Positions 37,801-44,986 of a DNA stretch of 64,000 nt are shown piece after piece. Both the position numbers and the translations under genes were made by a program. The stretch is from Candidatus Iainarchaeum sp. GTDB taxonomy: Archaea; Iainarchaeota; Iainarchaeia; Iainarchaeales; UBA10219. The notes below the pieces were generated by a model, which was given only the letters and a program-made list of their open reading frames with translations, ran no database searches and was not told where the DNA came from. Each line of letters opens with the position of its first letter. Positions within the stretch are counted from its first letter, which is position 1. Location: assembly GCA_018304425.1 (NCBI GenBank), contig JAGVWE010000003.1:64001-128000 (forward strand), read 5' to 3'.

Positions 37801-39565
37801 AAAATGCGCCAGTGACTGGGTTGAAGGCGATGCTGGTCTGGGGGCCGTTGTTCAAGGAATAGGTCATGACCGATAGGCCCCTGTTGTCCGTTGCAACGCC
37901 GGCCAGGGGGATGAAGGGAGTGGAAACCGTGTCCAGGTTTTTGGGCGTTGAAATGCTGATGACCGGGGCTTGCTCGTCGGGAGGGGGAGGCGTGGGCAGG
38001 AATTGCACGCGGGTAATCGTCACCTGGTTGGATTGCCCGGTGTTTCCAGCCGCGTCCACGGCGGTGGCCAGAACCTGGTTGGCGCCCAGGGCCAGGTTGA
38101 CGGAGGCGGAAAACAATCCACCGTTTACCGGAACCGGTGCCTGGGCCACGCCGTTTACTTTGGGGGTAATGGAGGCAAGGACGGAAACATTGTCGGTTGC
38201 GGTTCCTTGTATGCCCATCGAGTCCGTGGAAACCGTGGGGTTGCCAGTGGGCGAGGTGATGGCAAGGGTGGGCGGCAGATTGTCCAGGGGCGTGTAGGTG
38301 ATAGTGGCCGTGAACCTTCCCTCGTTGCCTGCAGCGTCCAGCGCGGTGAGGGTCAGGGTGTTGGAACCAGGGGCAAGGTTGACTTCAAAGCCGAAGCTTC
38401 CATCCACTTGGTTGACAGCGCGGTTGAAGGAATAGGATAGCGCCCCGCTGACGGCCACGTTGACGTTCGAGGGCTTGGAGGCATTGTCTTGGACCGTGCC
38501 GGTGAGGGTGAGGGGCGTGGTGGTCGTGGCGGCTGGCGCGGTCAAGCTGATGACGGGGGGCAGGGTATCGTTTGGAGGTGGAGGGCTTGAATCCTGCTTG
38601 GTGAGGGTAAGGAGGATGACTGGGCTGGCGTTCCCGCTGGAGTCCATGGCCCAGAGCTGGAGGGCATTGGTTCCGTTGACGAGGCCGCTGACCGCAAACG
38701 AATAGGCTCCGGCGCTGATGGGCACGCTGACTTCGGGGCCCGCGTTGAGTTTGTACTGGATGGCGGCAAGGGCTACATTGTCGGTGGCGGTGCCGGCAAC
38801 CATTACCGTTGCCGTGGAAATCACGGAGTTGTCGGCTGGGCTGGAGACCGTGAACTGGGGGGGAATGTCGTCGGCGTGGGTGAGGTGGAGGACGGCCATT
38901 CCCATGTTGTTGGCTGCGTCCTTGGCCGTGACGGTAATGGTATTGGGCCCGAAGGCGAGGGTAACCGGGAAGCCAAAAGAGCCATTGGAGGCCGTGGCGG
39001 GAAAGTTCTGGCCTGCGCTGGTGGAAACGGTTAGGAGGGTGATGGGTCCGGCGTTGTCTGAAACCGTGCCCGTGACCATCACCTGAGAAGTGCGGAGGAC
39101 CGCGTTTTCAAAGGGGCTGGTGAAGTCGATGACCGGGGGAAGGGTGTCTGTGGTCGGAACCTGCAGGGTGAGGGTGTGCGTGGCCGTGGAGGTTGCATTG
39201 CGGCTGTCCCTGGCCGTGAAGGAAAAGGTGTTGGTGCCTGCCTGCAGGAAAAAGGGGTAGGAAAAAACCGGGCTGTCGATGGGGTATTGGCTGGGCTGGG
39301 TGGGTTGGCCGTTGCGGTTGACCAAGAGGGTGCCGGGAAAGGCAAAGGATGCAGGTGGGTTGATTTCAAAGTCGACGAGCTGGGGGGAACTGGTTGCGGC
39401 AGAGTTGTTGGGCGGGTTGGTCACGACGAGCGTGAATTCCGGGAGGGGCTGGATTTGGAAATAGAGCTTGCCGGGCTTGTACTGGGGGGCGGCGTAGGCC
39501 GCGGAAGACAGGAGTAACACCGCTGCCAAGAAGCAGACTAGGCCCCTGCCTGTCCATGCGTTCAT
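28886..39565 (-). CDS. Giant 3559-aa cell-surface protein: signal peptide, ~17 Ig-like repeats, Cys-rich repeats, C-terminal TM helices
   Basis: Uninterrupted ORF; repeated DxxPPxIxIxxP...GxNxxxxxAxDxAGN units; ~18 CxD/NxxC repeats; hydrophobic C-terminus. Confidence 0.9.
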   Translation of the reverse strand: MNAWTGRGLVCFLAAVLLLSSAAYAAPQYKPGKLYFQIQPLPEFTLVVTNPPNNSAATSSPQLVDFEINPPASFAFPGTLLVNRNGQPTQPSQYPIDSPVFSYPFFLQAGTNTFSFTARDSRNATSTATHTLTLQVPTTDTLPPVIDFTSPFENAVLRTSQVMVTGTVSDNAGPITLLTVSTSAGQNFPATASNGSFGFPVTLAFGPNTITVTAKDAANNMGMAVLHLTHADDIPPQFTVSSPADNSVISTATVMVAGTATDNVALAAIQYKLNAGPEVSVPISAGAYSFAVSGLVNGTNALQLWAMDSSGNASPVILLTLTKQDSSPPPPNDTLPPVISLTAPAATTTTPLTLTGTVQDNASKPSNVNVAVSGALSYSFNRAVNQVDGSFGFEVNLAPGSNTLTLTALDAAGNEGRFTATITYTPLDNLPPTLAITSPTGNPTVSTDSMGIQGTATDNVSVLASITPKVNGVAQAPVPVNGGLFSASVNLALGANQVLATAVDAAGNTGQSNQVTITRVQFLPTPPPPDEQAPVISISTPKNLDTVSTPFIPLAGVATDNRGLSVMTYSLNNGPQTSIAFNPVTGAFSANLALAEGLNALVVRAKDAANNTGTAALTVTYAKPDTLAPEITFTTPPNGFRTTNASLPIAGTASDSSGLASLAFRVNGGTLQNLPVSATFSFPLLMPTVGAYAVEVMALDTQGNQGSNTQTYFRDAVSTPPQDIVAPFLEITQPLDRETVSTNKVQVKGNASDDRPGTLAVEARLNNGPPQVYPVTNNAFDFEVFGLAVGTNNLSFMVQDAAGNRTSHSLSVSFAVPDTVAPALTVAEPVNGAIVSQSQVNVAGSVSDDRSTMTTIGLSLNGSASTLYPVTNNAFRVMVMGLTPGPNTLSLAAQDEAGNKTTRLLSITYEAAIVPPVDKDGPILAITQPANNASFTSSFLTVTGTASDASGLSFISYSLDNGVQQVLAPTPAFSFTLSNLSEGQHTLRMTVADSLANTSNATITFYRVSITPPPGEDDQPPVVSISSPLNGETLLTSTATLRGSAIDNVGIASLAYNVNNGPLLSLIPQGALFSSLPISLVPGSNLLSVRARDLAGNTATTSLTVFYVEADNIAPVIVISSPADGLHTQETAIEVKGKVTDNRSLGQGLGGLSLRVNGGSPTPLALDATSHFNTVSNLQLGSNAFQLTATDASGNAAVTEFTVARNPLGPKPPWEPVDDLPPSIFIRSPASNASTESATIEVTGEVRDNVSIRDSAWITVNGGQPLTVAVSNGTFAGVVALLLGSNLITVAALDKAGNTGYQSVAVTRSQPFLPFIDEEKPRILFSSTQTRTSEPSFLISGNASDNVKVEPPLVQVFKGSNQVSSVPLDAAGNFSVGVSLSEGLNSFRFEASDARGNKGSTIYSVTYEPVRTKQPPPVEPPTVTLVAPADKTRTGSHLAQVSIKATNAVSLTLFVNFQPVQSFAVNQAGTFSAAVGLVPGENTITAEALNADQLAASHTIHVTYDQPRSPPPVPLRVQILSPADGLVLAANYENFVAENASHGYGASPPVAGIELSGTVEGAEAGRASIQLFVNDQFLGELPLFGQRFEVPLALTETGSIPIRVQATYLDKTASDTVYIVVEEGSSSGSGSGSGHLASREKSGKPLVLNLQGINLPPSSLPFPNPSLPSFPTPPMTSNRVTTSILSPYPDQRFTSSVINASFFIDDLRTRPSPLYYTIQLNGKQLYAGYGRGSFQKTISGLNPGSNILRLYAKARDGAWAYRWHRIWYNAPTTPTLVINSPANNASFTTATIPIAFTLTSPSPLSYSLAVNNSVQVTGQGNGSMTRNVSLSPGQNTVTVSATVPAQTSLPSSGNPNAIGPGGTIPAYTLTASITVTYSYTPPVASLTSPHFSLQQISIADSTDKVLRIMGPLISSPTNPGTTYTQLPTPGGTSILQPGIKICPQNSAFSGRTRVRLQLNTIANPLNVSAYCNYDNACNYGEGCGCSDCPAVQGCSNPQAYWTNTFLIDAKPLGISCPTTVNAGALGQLTLPGNSCFSGLPMPVIMNMFMKLPAAITLLFRSPNSFNYLDSHFVLPFTGAAWILVPAGSVPPYSRQPSDNPGQSSPWTVPPNAFDPPGSTPLALGSTPSYESFLDTSQAKQGDLLLLLVQLNQSAGNFLARPFLVGTCNNGLDDNNLNGADDFTECSGNNFVNLLTSFLFPGGMPPVIGLPPTASVQSYLIPLEVDCTQQTMEVPLACQEKLNQPTNSNCPPGTTRCPTGLCATACPGANQGSLPCNENKLCEVNENCSCSDCFGQPSSCIQGAKCAEPAKNQLAREGRENILVAYSQPMPGNSGLNSVTAFYVEPSVPLQAAPLLHCAGAVDWALLEENGLPALYCKLQGNACLRATPWEGLTKASCPSQDAFAQKGNVLGTRGLRHYSVKFIDYCLTRPAVPQCMLQLVDASNRALPLFNGQLTSMPTVLATETQSSGNAYVLAELKLQQSSLSLYSVVRGNLQSRLLPLITPCPVGSSSPCVNGLAMLSGELPAANVCECSQGTVLCEGCNQCAAPGRCPRQSCPPGSGLCVDGSCSPYCQSLPCPEGLTRCLDGTCQPPSQCQGQACTPPSQTCNDNSCRLDCGPGPCQVNCVPCLPGLNRCANGSCQVDCGPGGGEPCLPPKKVCEDNVCRFDCGSGRGPGPCQVNCPSCPPGRIPCLDGSCREFCGPCQLGQALCADDVCRPDCGTGACPPGQQLCGDNSCQTDCGPGPCTGIFVECLPCPNGLQRCEDNTCQADCGSGPPCLPPKTRCSNGSCSWLCTPDPGPGPCKSNCLPCPGGQTRCADNTCRTFCGPCPVGQTLCSDSACRLDCGPPICQVNCPICPVGKTACVDGSCRDYCGPPLQCPVGQSLCSDNTCKVDCGSVGGGCPVGTTRCLDNTCKVDCGSGNFLPCNRDGACETTEACNCSDCASQKDGCVDASACRYFGETVGSTGTGLCGCPTGTVLAPDGTCKAGGCLPGTNLCADNSCRPDCSLVPGPVDMKINLTFENFSKPLQQGSVEFQANGVPVPEGAKLRVSGGNKNVQVQYSDRFVNGQFYSLKSSVRDSASGRFSLDFRFKAAQDLKTVDDLVFEVEQPQANFAAKKIGLKVKTPASMRIYGKDKPGKPGYLLPSPNKLSFSLGRLKVAERIKFEFSEALGSNLAAGIERLPNGLKVVFLEGEQGFGEFILDLAVSEPPSPRLCDNDRVCEASEDCSCRDCDGKQGICASTVACNVRLSACACPKGTVLDARGKCSPVAACPAGTNRCTDGSCKPSMLCGQPASCEADGVCGLDESCVCGDCEGLISNCERGARCSLESGNCECPEETVQCADGTCRDKASDCSEPEELLIALKQSLTIGERQVVEVRNQLGNTIRAATVIAEAPDGEKLEALTDELGKVEFTVKVPGVYAVKVVKEQLSAEKSFSALDLFGSILNSISSSLEPTIEAIEQVGPFAVVLLLVCAMAAAYLVYSQARAFFPPGPKSTTHLKREKLVQAFLALLAFALPLWLGLSSRLGLGVIAALAEIGVSFLAAYTLKRYHESGKTIRV

Positions 39566-39695
39566 GATTAACCCTTACCCCGTAAATTGCTATTAAATAA
39601 TTCATTATGCCAATATAAATGGATTGCCTTGGCTGGACGGCGTCTCCTGGAAGGCTTTTATATTTAATGTTATATAAGCTTCTAAAGGCGCGGGC

Positions 39696-39965
39696 ATGAA
39701 AATGAAGCAGTACAACCTGGTCATTGATGAGAAACTGATCGACGAAGTGGACCGCTTCATCCGGAAGCGGGGATTGTTCCACTCGCGCTCGGACTTCATC
39801 CGGGACGCCATCCGGTCGCGGCTCATCGAAATCAAGAAAGTCGTCTTCGAAGAAGAGGCCGCGGCCAGGCACGAACACGACCACCCGGACGAGGAAACCA
39901 GCAAGGAAGCCATGGAAGCCCTCCTCAAGGCCCACGACGAGAAGAAGTTCACGGGCGTGCACTAG
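39696..39965 (+). CDS. Ribbon-helix-helix (CopG/NikR-like) protein
   Basis: YNLVIDEKLIDEVD...FHSRSDFIRDAIR; HEHDH in the tail. Confidence 0.82.
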   Translation: MKMKQYNLVIDEKLIDEVDRFIRKRGLFHSRSDFIRDAIRSRLIEIKKVVFEEEAAARHEHDHPDEETSKEAMEALLKAHDEKKFTGVH

Positions 39966-39991
39966 CGTGCACTAGCGTGCACGAGGTGCAC
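39955..39991. repeat. Short tandem repeat containing four GTGCAC palindromes
   Basis: GCGTGCACTA-GCGTGCACTA-GCGTGCACGA-GGTGCAC. Confidence 0.75.
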
Positions 39992-40060
39992 GACCCACGG
40001 ACGCGCAGGGCATAAATCCGCTTTATTAATTCTTTTATGCACCTTATTTCAGGGGATGGA

Positions 40061-40828
40061 ATGGCAGCAATCGGCTCTTCGAATGGCAGGTTCGCACTGG
40101 TCTTGTCCGAAAAGGAGTTCAACGAGCTGGGTTTCGAGCCCAACCACGAGTTCGAGGTCGTGAAGGCCAAGCCCGGTTTGTGGGTGGTGGTGGACAAGGG
40201 CGTGAAGCCCGTGGACGCTCTTGACCGGGAAACGGCCGAACTGGAGAAAAAAATCGGCGGACTACTGCGTGGAAAGGGCTTGAGCGAGCGCGTGGAAGGC
40301 AAGTTCGAGAAGTACTTGAACAACAAGGAACTCGCGCACTTCCAGAAAATGCTGAAAGAAAAGAAAATCATCCTGTTCAAGCTCAACGAGAGCTACAAGC
40401 ACGGCGTCTACAAGCTGCCCGAAGAAATCGAGGCCCGGAAAAGCCCTTCCGCCCCGCAGGCCCCGGCGGACCCCGCGGCCGAGAAAAAACCCGAAGACTA
40501 TTCCCTGGAAACAGACGGCTTCGCGGTGCTGCGGAACGAGGGCGAGGCCCGGAAGGCCTCCGAGGGCCTGCGCGACCAGATAAGGGCGGGAACCATCAAG
40601 GGCTTGAAGTCCTTTGAAGGCGATTACTTCCTGGTGCGGGTCGAGGCCCTGGCAAAGCACCGAAAGCGGTTGCTCGACTACCTGGCGACCAAGAAGCTGA
40701 CCGGCATCGAGAACGCGGCAAAAGACTTAAATATGTCCAAGACCCTTATCAGGGTGGTGGCCGAGTTCCTCAAAGAGGACGGCGAGATAGCCGAGAAGCG
40801 AAAGGGCTTGTACCAGCTCATCACGTGA
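40061..40828 (+). CDS. Hypothetical protein, possibly with a C-terminal wHTH
   Basis: Host-like codon use; Lys/Glu-rich; AAKDLNMSKTLIRVVAEFLKEDGEI tail. Confidence 0.65.
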   Translation: MAAIGSSNGRFALVLSEKEFNELGFEPNHEFEVVKAKPGLWVVVDKGVKPVDALDRETAELEKKIGGLLRGKGLSERVEGKFEKYLNNKELAHFQKMLKEKKIILFKLNESYKHGVYKLPEEIEARKSPSAPQAPADPAAEKKPEDYSLETDGFAVLRNEGEARKASEGLRDQIRAGTIKGLKSFEGDYFLVRVEALAKHRKRLLDYLATKKLTGIENAAKDLNMSKTLIRVVAEFLKEDGEIAEKRKGLYQLIT

Positions 40829-41202
40829 CCTCCATGAAAGTCTTGATTCCCCTGCTGTCCAAGCAAGAGGATTCCCCTGAATTCGTCGAGAAAGCCACGA
40901 AGGGCGCGCTCGAAGTGTTCCTGGTGCTGGTCATCGACCCCTCGGACCTGGCCGGCGAGTTCGGCTTCGCCGCCCACGAAATCTCGAAGGGCAACAAGAT
41001 GATGGGCCTCGTCACCGAGTTGATTGGCCCCGAGAAAGCCGTGCACCAAATCGTGGAATGGGGCGAGACCCTCAGCAAAATCGAGAACCTCTACAAGCTC
41101 AAGGAAGCCGACGAAATCTGCTTGAAAAAACAGGACAACTACTGGTTCCAGGACATCGTCAAGAAACTCAAGGAAAAAGACTTGAAAGTGAAGGTCATCT
41201 GA
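40825..41202 (+). CDS. Hypothetical protein, weakly USP-like
   Basis: MKVLIPL start, LVLVID, EWGE...I...ADEI pattern; start overlaps the upstream stop. Confidence 0.6.
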   Translation: MTSMKVLIPLLSKQEDSPEFVEKATKGALEVFLVLVIDPSDLAGEFGFAAHEISKGNKMMGLVTELIGPEKAVHQIVEWGETLSKIENLYKLKEADEICLKKQDNYWFQDIVKKLKEKDLKVKVI

Positions 41203-41214
41203 CGCTTACCGTTT

Positions 41215-42360
41215 CTATTTCTTTCCCGGCGCCCACAGGAACTTTTCCGGCTGGGCGCGCTGCCTCGCCGCCTGGTGCTTGGCCAGGAACGCGGTCAGCT
41301 TCTCGATGAGGATGGCCTTGAGTTCCCCGCTCAGCAGCTTGCCCGACTTGTAGTCGCGGTAGATGCGCTCGAGCTTCGCGTCGTCTTCCTCGAAGAACAG
41401 CAGCCACTGGTAGCTTACGTCAACGTCGGGGTTCCCGCCCAGGCGCCGGTGCGCTTCCACGGTTTCCCTGCCGCCGGAAAACGCGTACTTGTTTATCTTC
41501 TGCTTCACGGCCTTCGCGTCATCCGTGGTGTAAATGGTTGCCTGGTCGCCGCTCGTGCTGGACATCTTGCCGTCCTTCTCCATCCCCGCCAGACCCGGAA
41601 GGAAACGGCACTGAATCGACGCGGGCTTCGGATAACCCAGCCTGGGAATCACGTCCCTCGAAACCCGGAAATGCGGGTCCTGGTCGATGGCGTGGGGAAT
41701 CAGGCAAGGCAGGGGCTTCTTTCGCAGGACGCTGGGCAGGAAAGCCGGCACGGCCTGCATCGCCGTGTAAAAGATGGCGCCGATGTTCTGCTCATTAGAG
41801 AAGCCGAAGGCGGCCTTGGCGGTGGAAAACGTAATGCGCTTCGCCACCTTGATGGCCTCCGGAAACATCACGCCCGCGTGCCGCGTGTCGACGAGGAAAT
41901 GCGTTTTCTTTGGGTCGAAGCCCAACGCGATGACGTCCTTCATGTTCTCCTCGGTGTAGCGAGCGGTTTCCTCCAGCGTGAGCTCCTCCTTGAACAAGAA
42001 CTTCTCCTCGTCCGGGAACTGGAACCACAACTCCACGTCGAAGACGTCCTGCAACCACTTGGTGAAGAGCCAGGGCACCAGGTGACCCAAATGGGTGTTG
42101 CCGGACGGCGCGCGGCCCGTGTACAAGAAGAACCGGTTGCCCTTCTCGTATTCGTCGAGGATGAATTTCAGGTCCCGGTGGGCGAAGAATATATGCCGCC
42201 GGAGCAGGTGATGCAGAACCAGGCCCTTCTTCTTGGCGTGCTTTTCCAGGCGCGCCAGCAGCGCGGAATCGATTTTCTCGACGCCGAACTCCTGGACGAT
42301 CTTGTCGTAGTCGATGGTGCCCTTTACTTCCCAGGGCGTGAGGGTCATCCCGGCAACCAT
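41215..42360 (-). CDS. trpS: Tryptophanyl-tRNA synthetase (archaeal/eukaryotic type)
   Basis: TPWEV, FFAHRD, YTGRAPS..HLGH, DQDPHFR, KMSS and KYAFSGG motifs. Confidence 0.95.
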   Translation of the reverse strand: MVAGMTLTPWEVKGTIDYDKIVQEFGVEKIDSALLARLEKHAKKKGLVLHHLLRRHIFFAHRDLKFILDEYEKGNRFFLYTGRAPSGNTHLGHLVPWLFTKWLQDVFDVELWFQFPDEEKFLFKEELTLEETARYTEENMKDVIALGFDPKKTHFLVDTRHAGVMFPEAIKVAKRITFSTAKAAFGFSNEQNIGAIFYTAMQAVPAFLPSVLRKKPLPCLIPHAIDQDPHFRVSRDVIPRLGYPKPASIQCRFLPGLAGMEKDGKMSSTSGDQATIYTTDDAKAVKQKINKYAFSGGRETVEAHRRLGGNPDVDVSYQWLLFFEEDDAKLERIYRDYKSGKLLSGELKAILIEKLTAFLAKHQAARQRAQPEKFLWAPGKK

Positions 42361-42413
42361 AGCCAAGAACAGGGGTTAAACGGTTTATATTGCTTTCGGG
42401 GGGCAGTAACTGC

Positions 42414-42923
42414 ATGGCCTTGCTCTTGGAAAACAAGGTGCTCGTGCACGAGCGGAGGACGGCCGACCAGTTCACCCAAAAGGGCTTCGGCGAGCGCGAA
42501 GACCGCGACCTCGTCCTCGACCTCTGGGAAGCCGCTTACCTCTGCGACAAGGAAAAACTCGAAGTCGTGGACGAGCACCGCAAGCCGGTTGCCCGCGACC
42601 AGTTGCTGGCCCACGCCGGCAAGAAGGACAAGCGGTTTTACTCGAAGTACCTGGTCTACGCCGACCTCCGCACCCGCGGCTACATCGTGAAGACCGGCTT
42701 CAAGTTCGGGGCCGACTTCCGCGTCTACCCCCGCGGCAAGAAACCCGGCGAAGCCCACACCGAGTGGGTCGTGCACGTCTTCACCCAGGACGACAAGTTC
42801 ACGTTCACCGAGTTCAGCCGCATGGTGCGCCTCGCCGGCAACCTGAAAACCAAGATGCTGGCCGCGGTCGTGGACGCCGAAAACGCAGTCAACTATTACG
42901 CCGTTGACCGCGTGACGCCGTGA
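42414..42923 (+). CDS. endA: tRNA-intron endonuclease (single-unit)
   Basis: EAAYL and YLVYADLRTRGYIVKTGFKFGADFRVY...H motifs. Confidence 0.92.
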   Translation: MALLLENKVLVHERRTADQFTQKGFGEREDRDLVLDLWEAAYLCDKEKLEVVDEHRKPVARDQLLAHAGKKDKRFYSKYLVYADLRTRGYIVKTGFKFGADFRVYPRGKKPGEAHTEWVVHVFTQDDKFTFTEFSRMVRLAGNLKTKMLAAVVDAENAVNYYAVDRVTP

Positions 42924-42932
42924 ATGGCCAGG

Positions 42933-43208
42933 TCAATCTACCCTCACCCCCAGCGTCCGGCGGATGATAGACTTGATTTCCTGCGCACGCTCCGGATTGA
43001 GGGAGACCTGGAGGCCATAATTGGTTGGCTTCTTGAACACCAACCCCATGTGAATGAGCTCGTCGGCGGCCTCCATGGCTTTGCCCCTCAAATGGGATTT
43101 AAAGCCGCGGGCCACGTGTTCATAGGCTGCATGGGAGCCGCCGTATTTATGGCGTCTGTGGAGGTTGTAAAGCACTTCCGCCATAATTACGTCAAATGAC
43201 GTGTCCAT
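42933..43208 (-). CDS. Small basic hypothetical protein
   Basis: RRHKYGGSH...ELIHMGLVFKKPT...VSLNP; transcribed divergently from a wHTH gene. Confidence 0.65.
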   Translation of the reverse strand: MDTSFDVIMAEVLYNLHRRHKYGGSHAAYEHVARGFKSHLRGKAMEAADELIHMGLVFKKPTNYGLQVSLNPERAQEIKSIIRRTLGVRVD

Positions 43209-43263
43209 GTAATCATACTTTCAACGTATGTTCTTAAATACCTGAGCTGCACAAGGTTCTACT

Positions 43264-43617
43264 ATGGAAAAATACGAATACGGGCCCACCATTACCACGG
43301 AATTTTTTGGCGACACCCCCTTCTGGAGGCTTGTGGACGAGTTCATTGCCGGCATCCACCAAGACTTCTCCAAAAAGGAAATCACTGAAATCGCTTGCGT
43401 CAGCAAGGCAGCCACCTTCAAGCACTGGCCCAAGCTCGTGAAGTACGGCCTCATCAAGCCCACCCGCCGCTACGGCAAGGCCCAGCTCTATACCCTCAAC
43501 CGCGAAAGCAAGCTGGTGAAGGCCCTGCTCCAACTGGAATGGGAACTCATCGACCGCGAACCCCTCCCCACCAAAACCGAGCAAGCGGTGGCTGCGCCTG
43601 CCACAAAAGCAAAGTGA
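43264..43617 (+). CDS. Winged-HTH DNA-binding protein
   Basis: FSKKEITEIACVSKAAT...LVKYGLIKPTRRYGKAQLYTLN. Confidence 0.8.
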   Translation: MEKYEYGPTITTEFFGDTPFWRLVDEFIAGIHQDFSKKEITEIACVSKAATFKHWPKLVKYGLIKPTRRYGKAQLYTLNRESKLVKALLQLEWELIDREPLPTKTEQAVAAPATKAK

Positions 43618-43790
43618 AACCGGGCAAAACGCATATTAATTCCGGCCCAACCAATTATGGCATGCCCCATGGACCCCGCGGCTATTATGCCGCGTCCTTC
43701 GTGGACGTTGGATGAGGCTTTGCCTGGGTTTCACCCACCCATATATAAAGTTTCAGCATCAATGGATTGTAATTCCTTGAGTGGGCCGCC

Positions 43791-44714
43791 ATGATTTGCT
43801 TGATTGCCTTGGTCGTTTTCGGCGTGCTAGCCATCTTCAGCGCCAAGCATAGGCCATTGGCCCGGGAAGCCCTGGACTGTGTGCTGCGCCGCATCACGTT
43901 CCGGCCCTGCGTGGCCAACCTCGACCAGAAGCTCAAGGGCCAGACCGCGGGCTGGCTGCTCGAACACGCGCCCTGGCTTGCCAAGCCAGTCTACAAGAAC
44001 TTTGAATTTATTTCCTGGGTTTTCACCTTCCTCCTCTTCCTGAGCATCGCGGGCTCGCTGTGGGGGTTCTACAACTGGTGGGCTTATGGCAACTGCAATG
44101 GCCCCGAGCAAACGGGTTTCTGCGTGTTCAACGCGGTGGCGAAAGGCGAGGGCCTTAACTGGGGCTCCCTACTTGGCTTGAAGCCCGCGCTCACGCGGCC
44201 GGAAGGCAAAGCCGGTTGGCTGATTGGAAGCCCGGACGCGGAACTCACCGTCATCGAGTTTGGTTGCTACTCGTGTCCCTACACCAAGCAAGCCGAGCCC
44301 GTGGTCAAGCAATTGCTGGAACACTACCAGGGCCGCGTAAACGTTTTGTTCAAGGTGTTCCCGATTCCCGCGCACCCCTACGCCAAGGAGATGGCGTTGG
44401 CCGCCGAGGCCGCCGGCATGCAGGGAAAGTGGCTGGAAATGCACGAAAAACTGTTTGAACGCCAGGACTTCGCGAGGCTGAACGGCGAAAAAGAAATCAA
44501 GGCGATTGCAGGGAGCCTGGGACTGGACTTGGAGCGGTTTGAAAGAGACTTCAAGTCCGCGCAAGCCTTTGAACGCGTGGTCGCGACTTCTGCGGAGGGC
44601 GAGAAGGCCGGCATCTACGGCACGCCCACCTTTTTCATCGGCGAAAAAACCGTGGTCGGCCCCAAAGAGTTCGAAGAAATGCGGGCACTGATTGACGGCG
44701 AACTCGGAAAGTGA
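43791..44714 (+). CDS. Membrane-anchored DsbA/thioredoxin-family protein
   Basis: IEFGCYSCPYT, FPIPAH and GIYGTPTFFI motifs; N-terminal TM segments. Confidence 0.85.
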   Translation: MICLIALVVFGVLAIFSAKHRPLAREALDCVLRRITFRPCVANLDQKLKGQTAGWLLEHAPWLAKPVYKNFEFISWVFTFLLFLSIAGSLWGFYNWWAYGNCNGPEQTGFCVFNAVAKGEGLNWGSLLGLKPALTRPEGKAGWLIGSPDAELTVIEFGCYSCPYTKQAEPVVKQLLEHYQGRVNVLFKVFPIPAHPYAKEMALAAEAAGMQGKWLEMHEKLFERQDFARLNGEKEIKAIAGSLGLDLERFERDFKSAQAFERVVATSAEGEKAGIYGTPTFFIGEKTVVGPKEFEEMRALIDGELGK

Positions 44715-44784
44715 GCCTCTCGGCTGGCGGGAAAGAAAATGAAGGGGCAAGAGGATAGCTCCTCTTGAACCTTTGCCGTGAAGC

Positions 44785-44961
44785 TTAAAAGTCGTAGGGC
44801 TTTACGGTCTTGCGGCCGTTGGACTCGCATCTCTTGCAGGCCTGCTTGAGCCTTCGCTCGACGAAGTCGTTCAAGGCGTCATAGGTTTCTGCCGAGATCA
44901 TCATGTTCTGGCCCCTAATGAGCTCCGCGATCTTGGACTTAACGATTAATTGCTCCGCCAT
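44785..44961 (-). CDS. Histone-fold protein 2 (58 aa; below the ORF-track cutoff)
   Basis: Manual translation MAEQLIVKSKIAELIRGQNMMISAETYDALNDFVERRLKQACKRCESNGRKTVKPYDF; GGAGG RBS. Confidence 0.85.
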   Translation of the reverse strand: MAEQLIVKSKIAELIRGQNMMISAETYDALNDFVERRLKQACKRCESNGRKTVKPYDF

Positions 44962-44986
44962 GTGTGTTGCCTCCTTTTCCTTCCTT

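Noticed and set aside
43670-43720. Hairpin CGCGGC-TATTAT-GCCGCG in the wHTH-DsbA intergenic region
   Set aside because: It is a single short stem with no riboswitch or C/D box signature, so there is too little to call an RNA.
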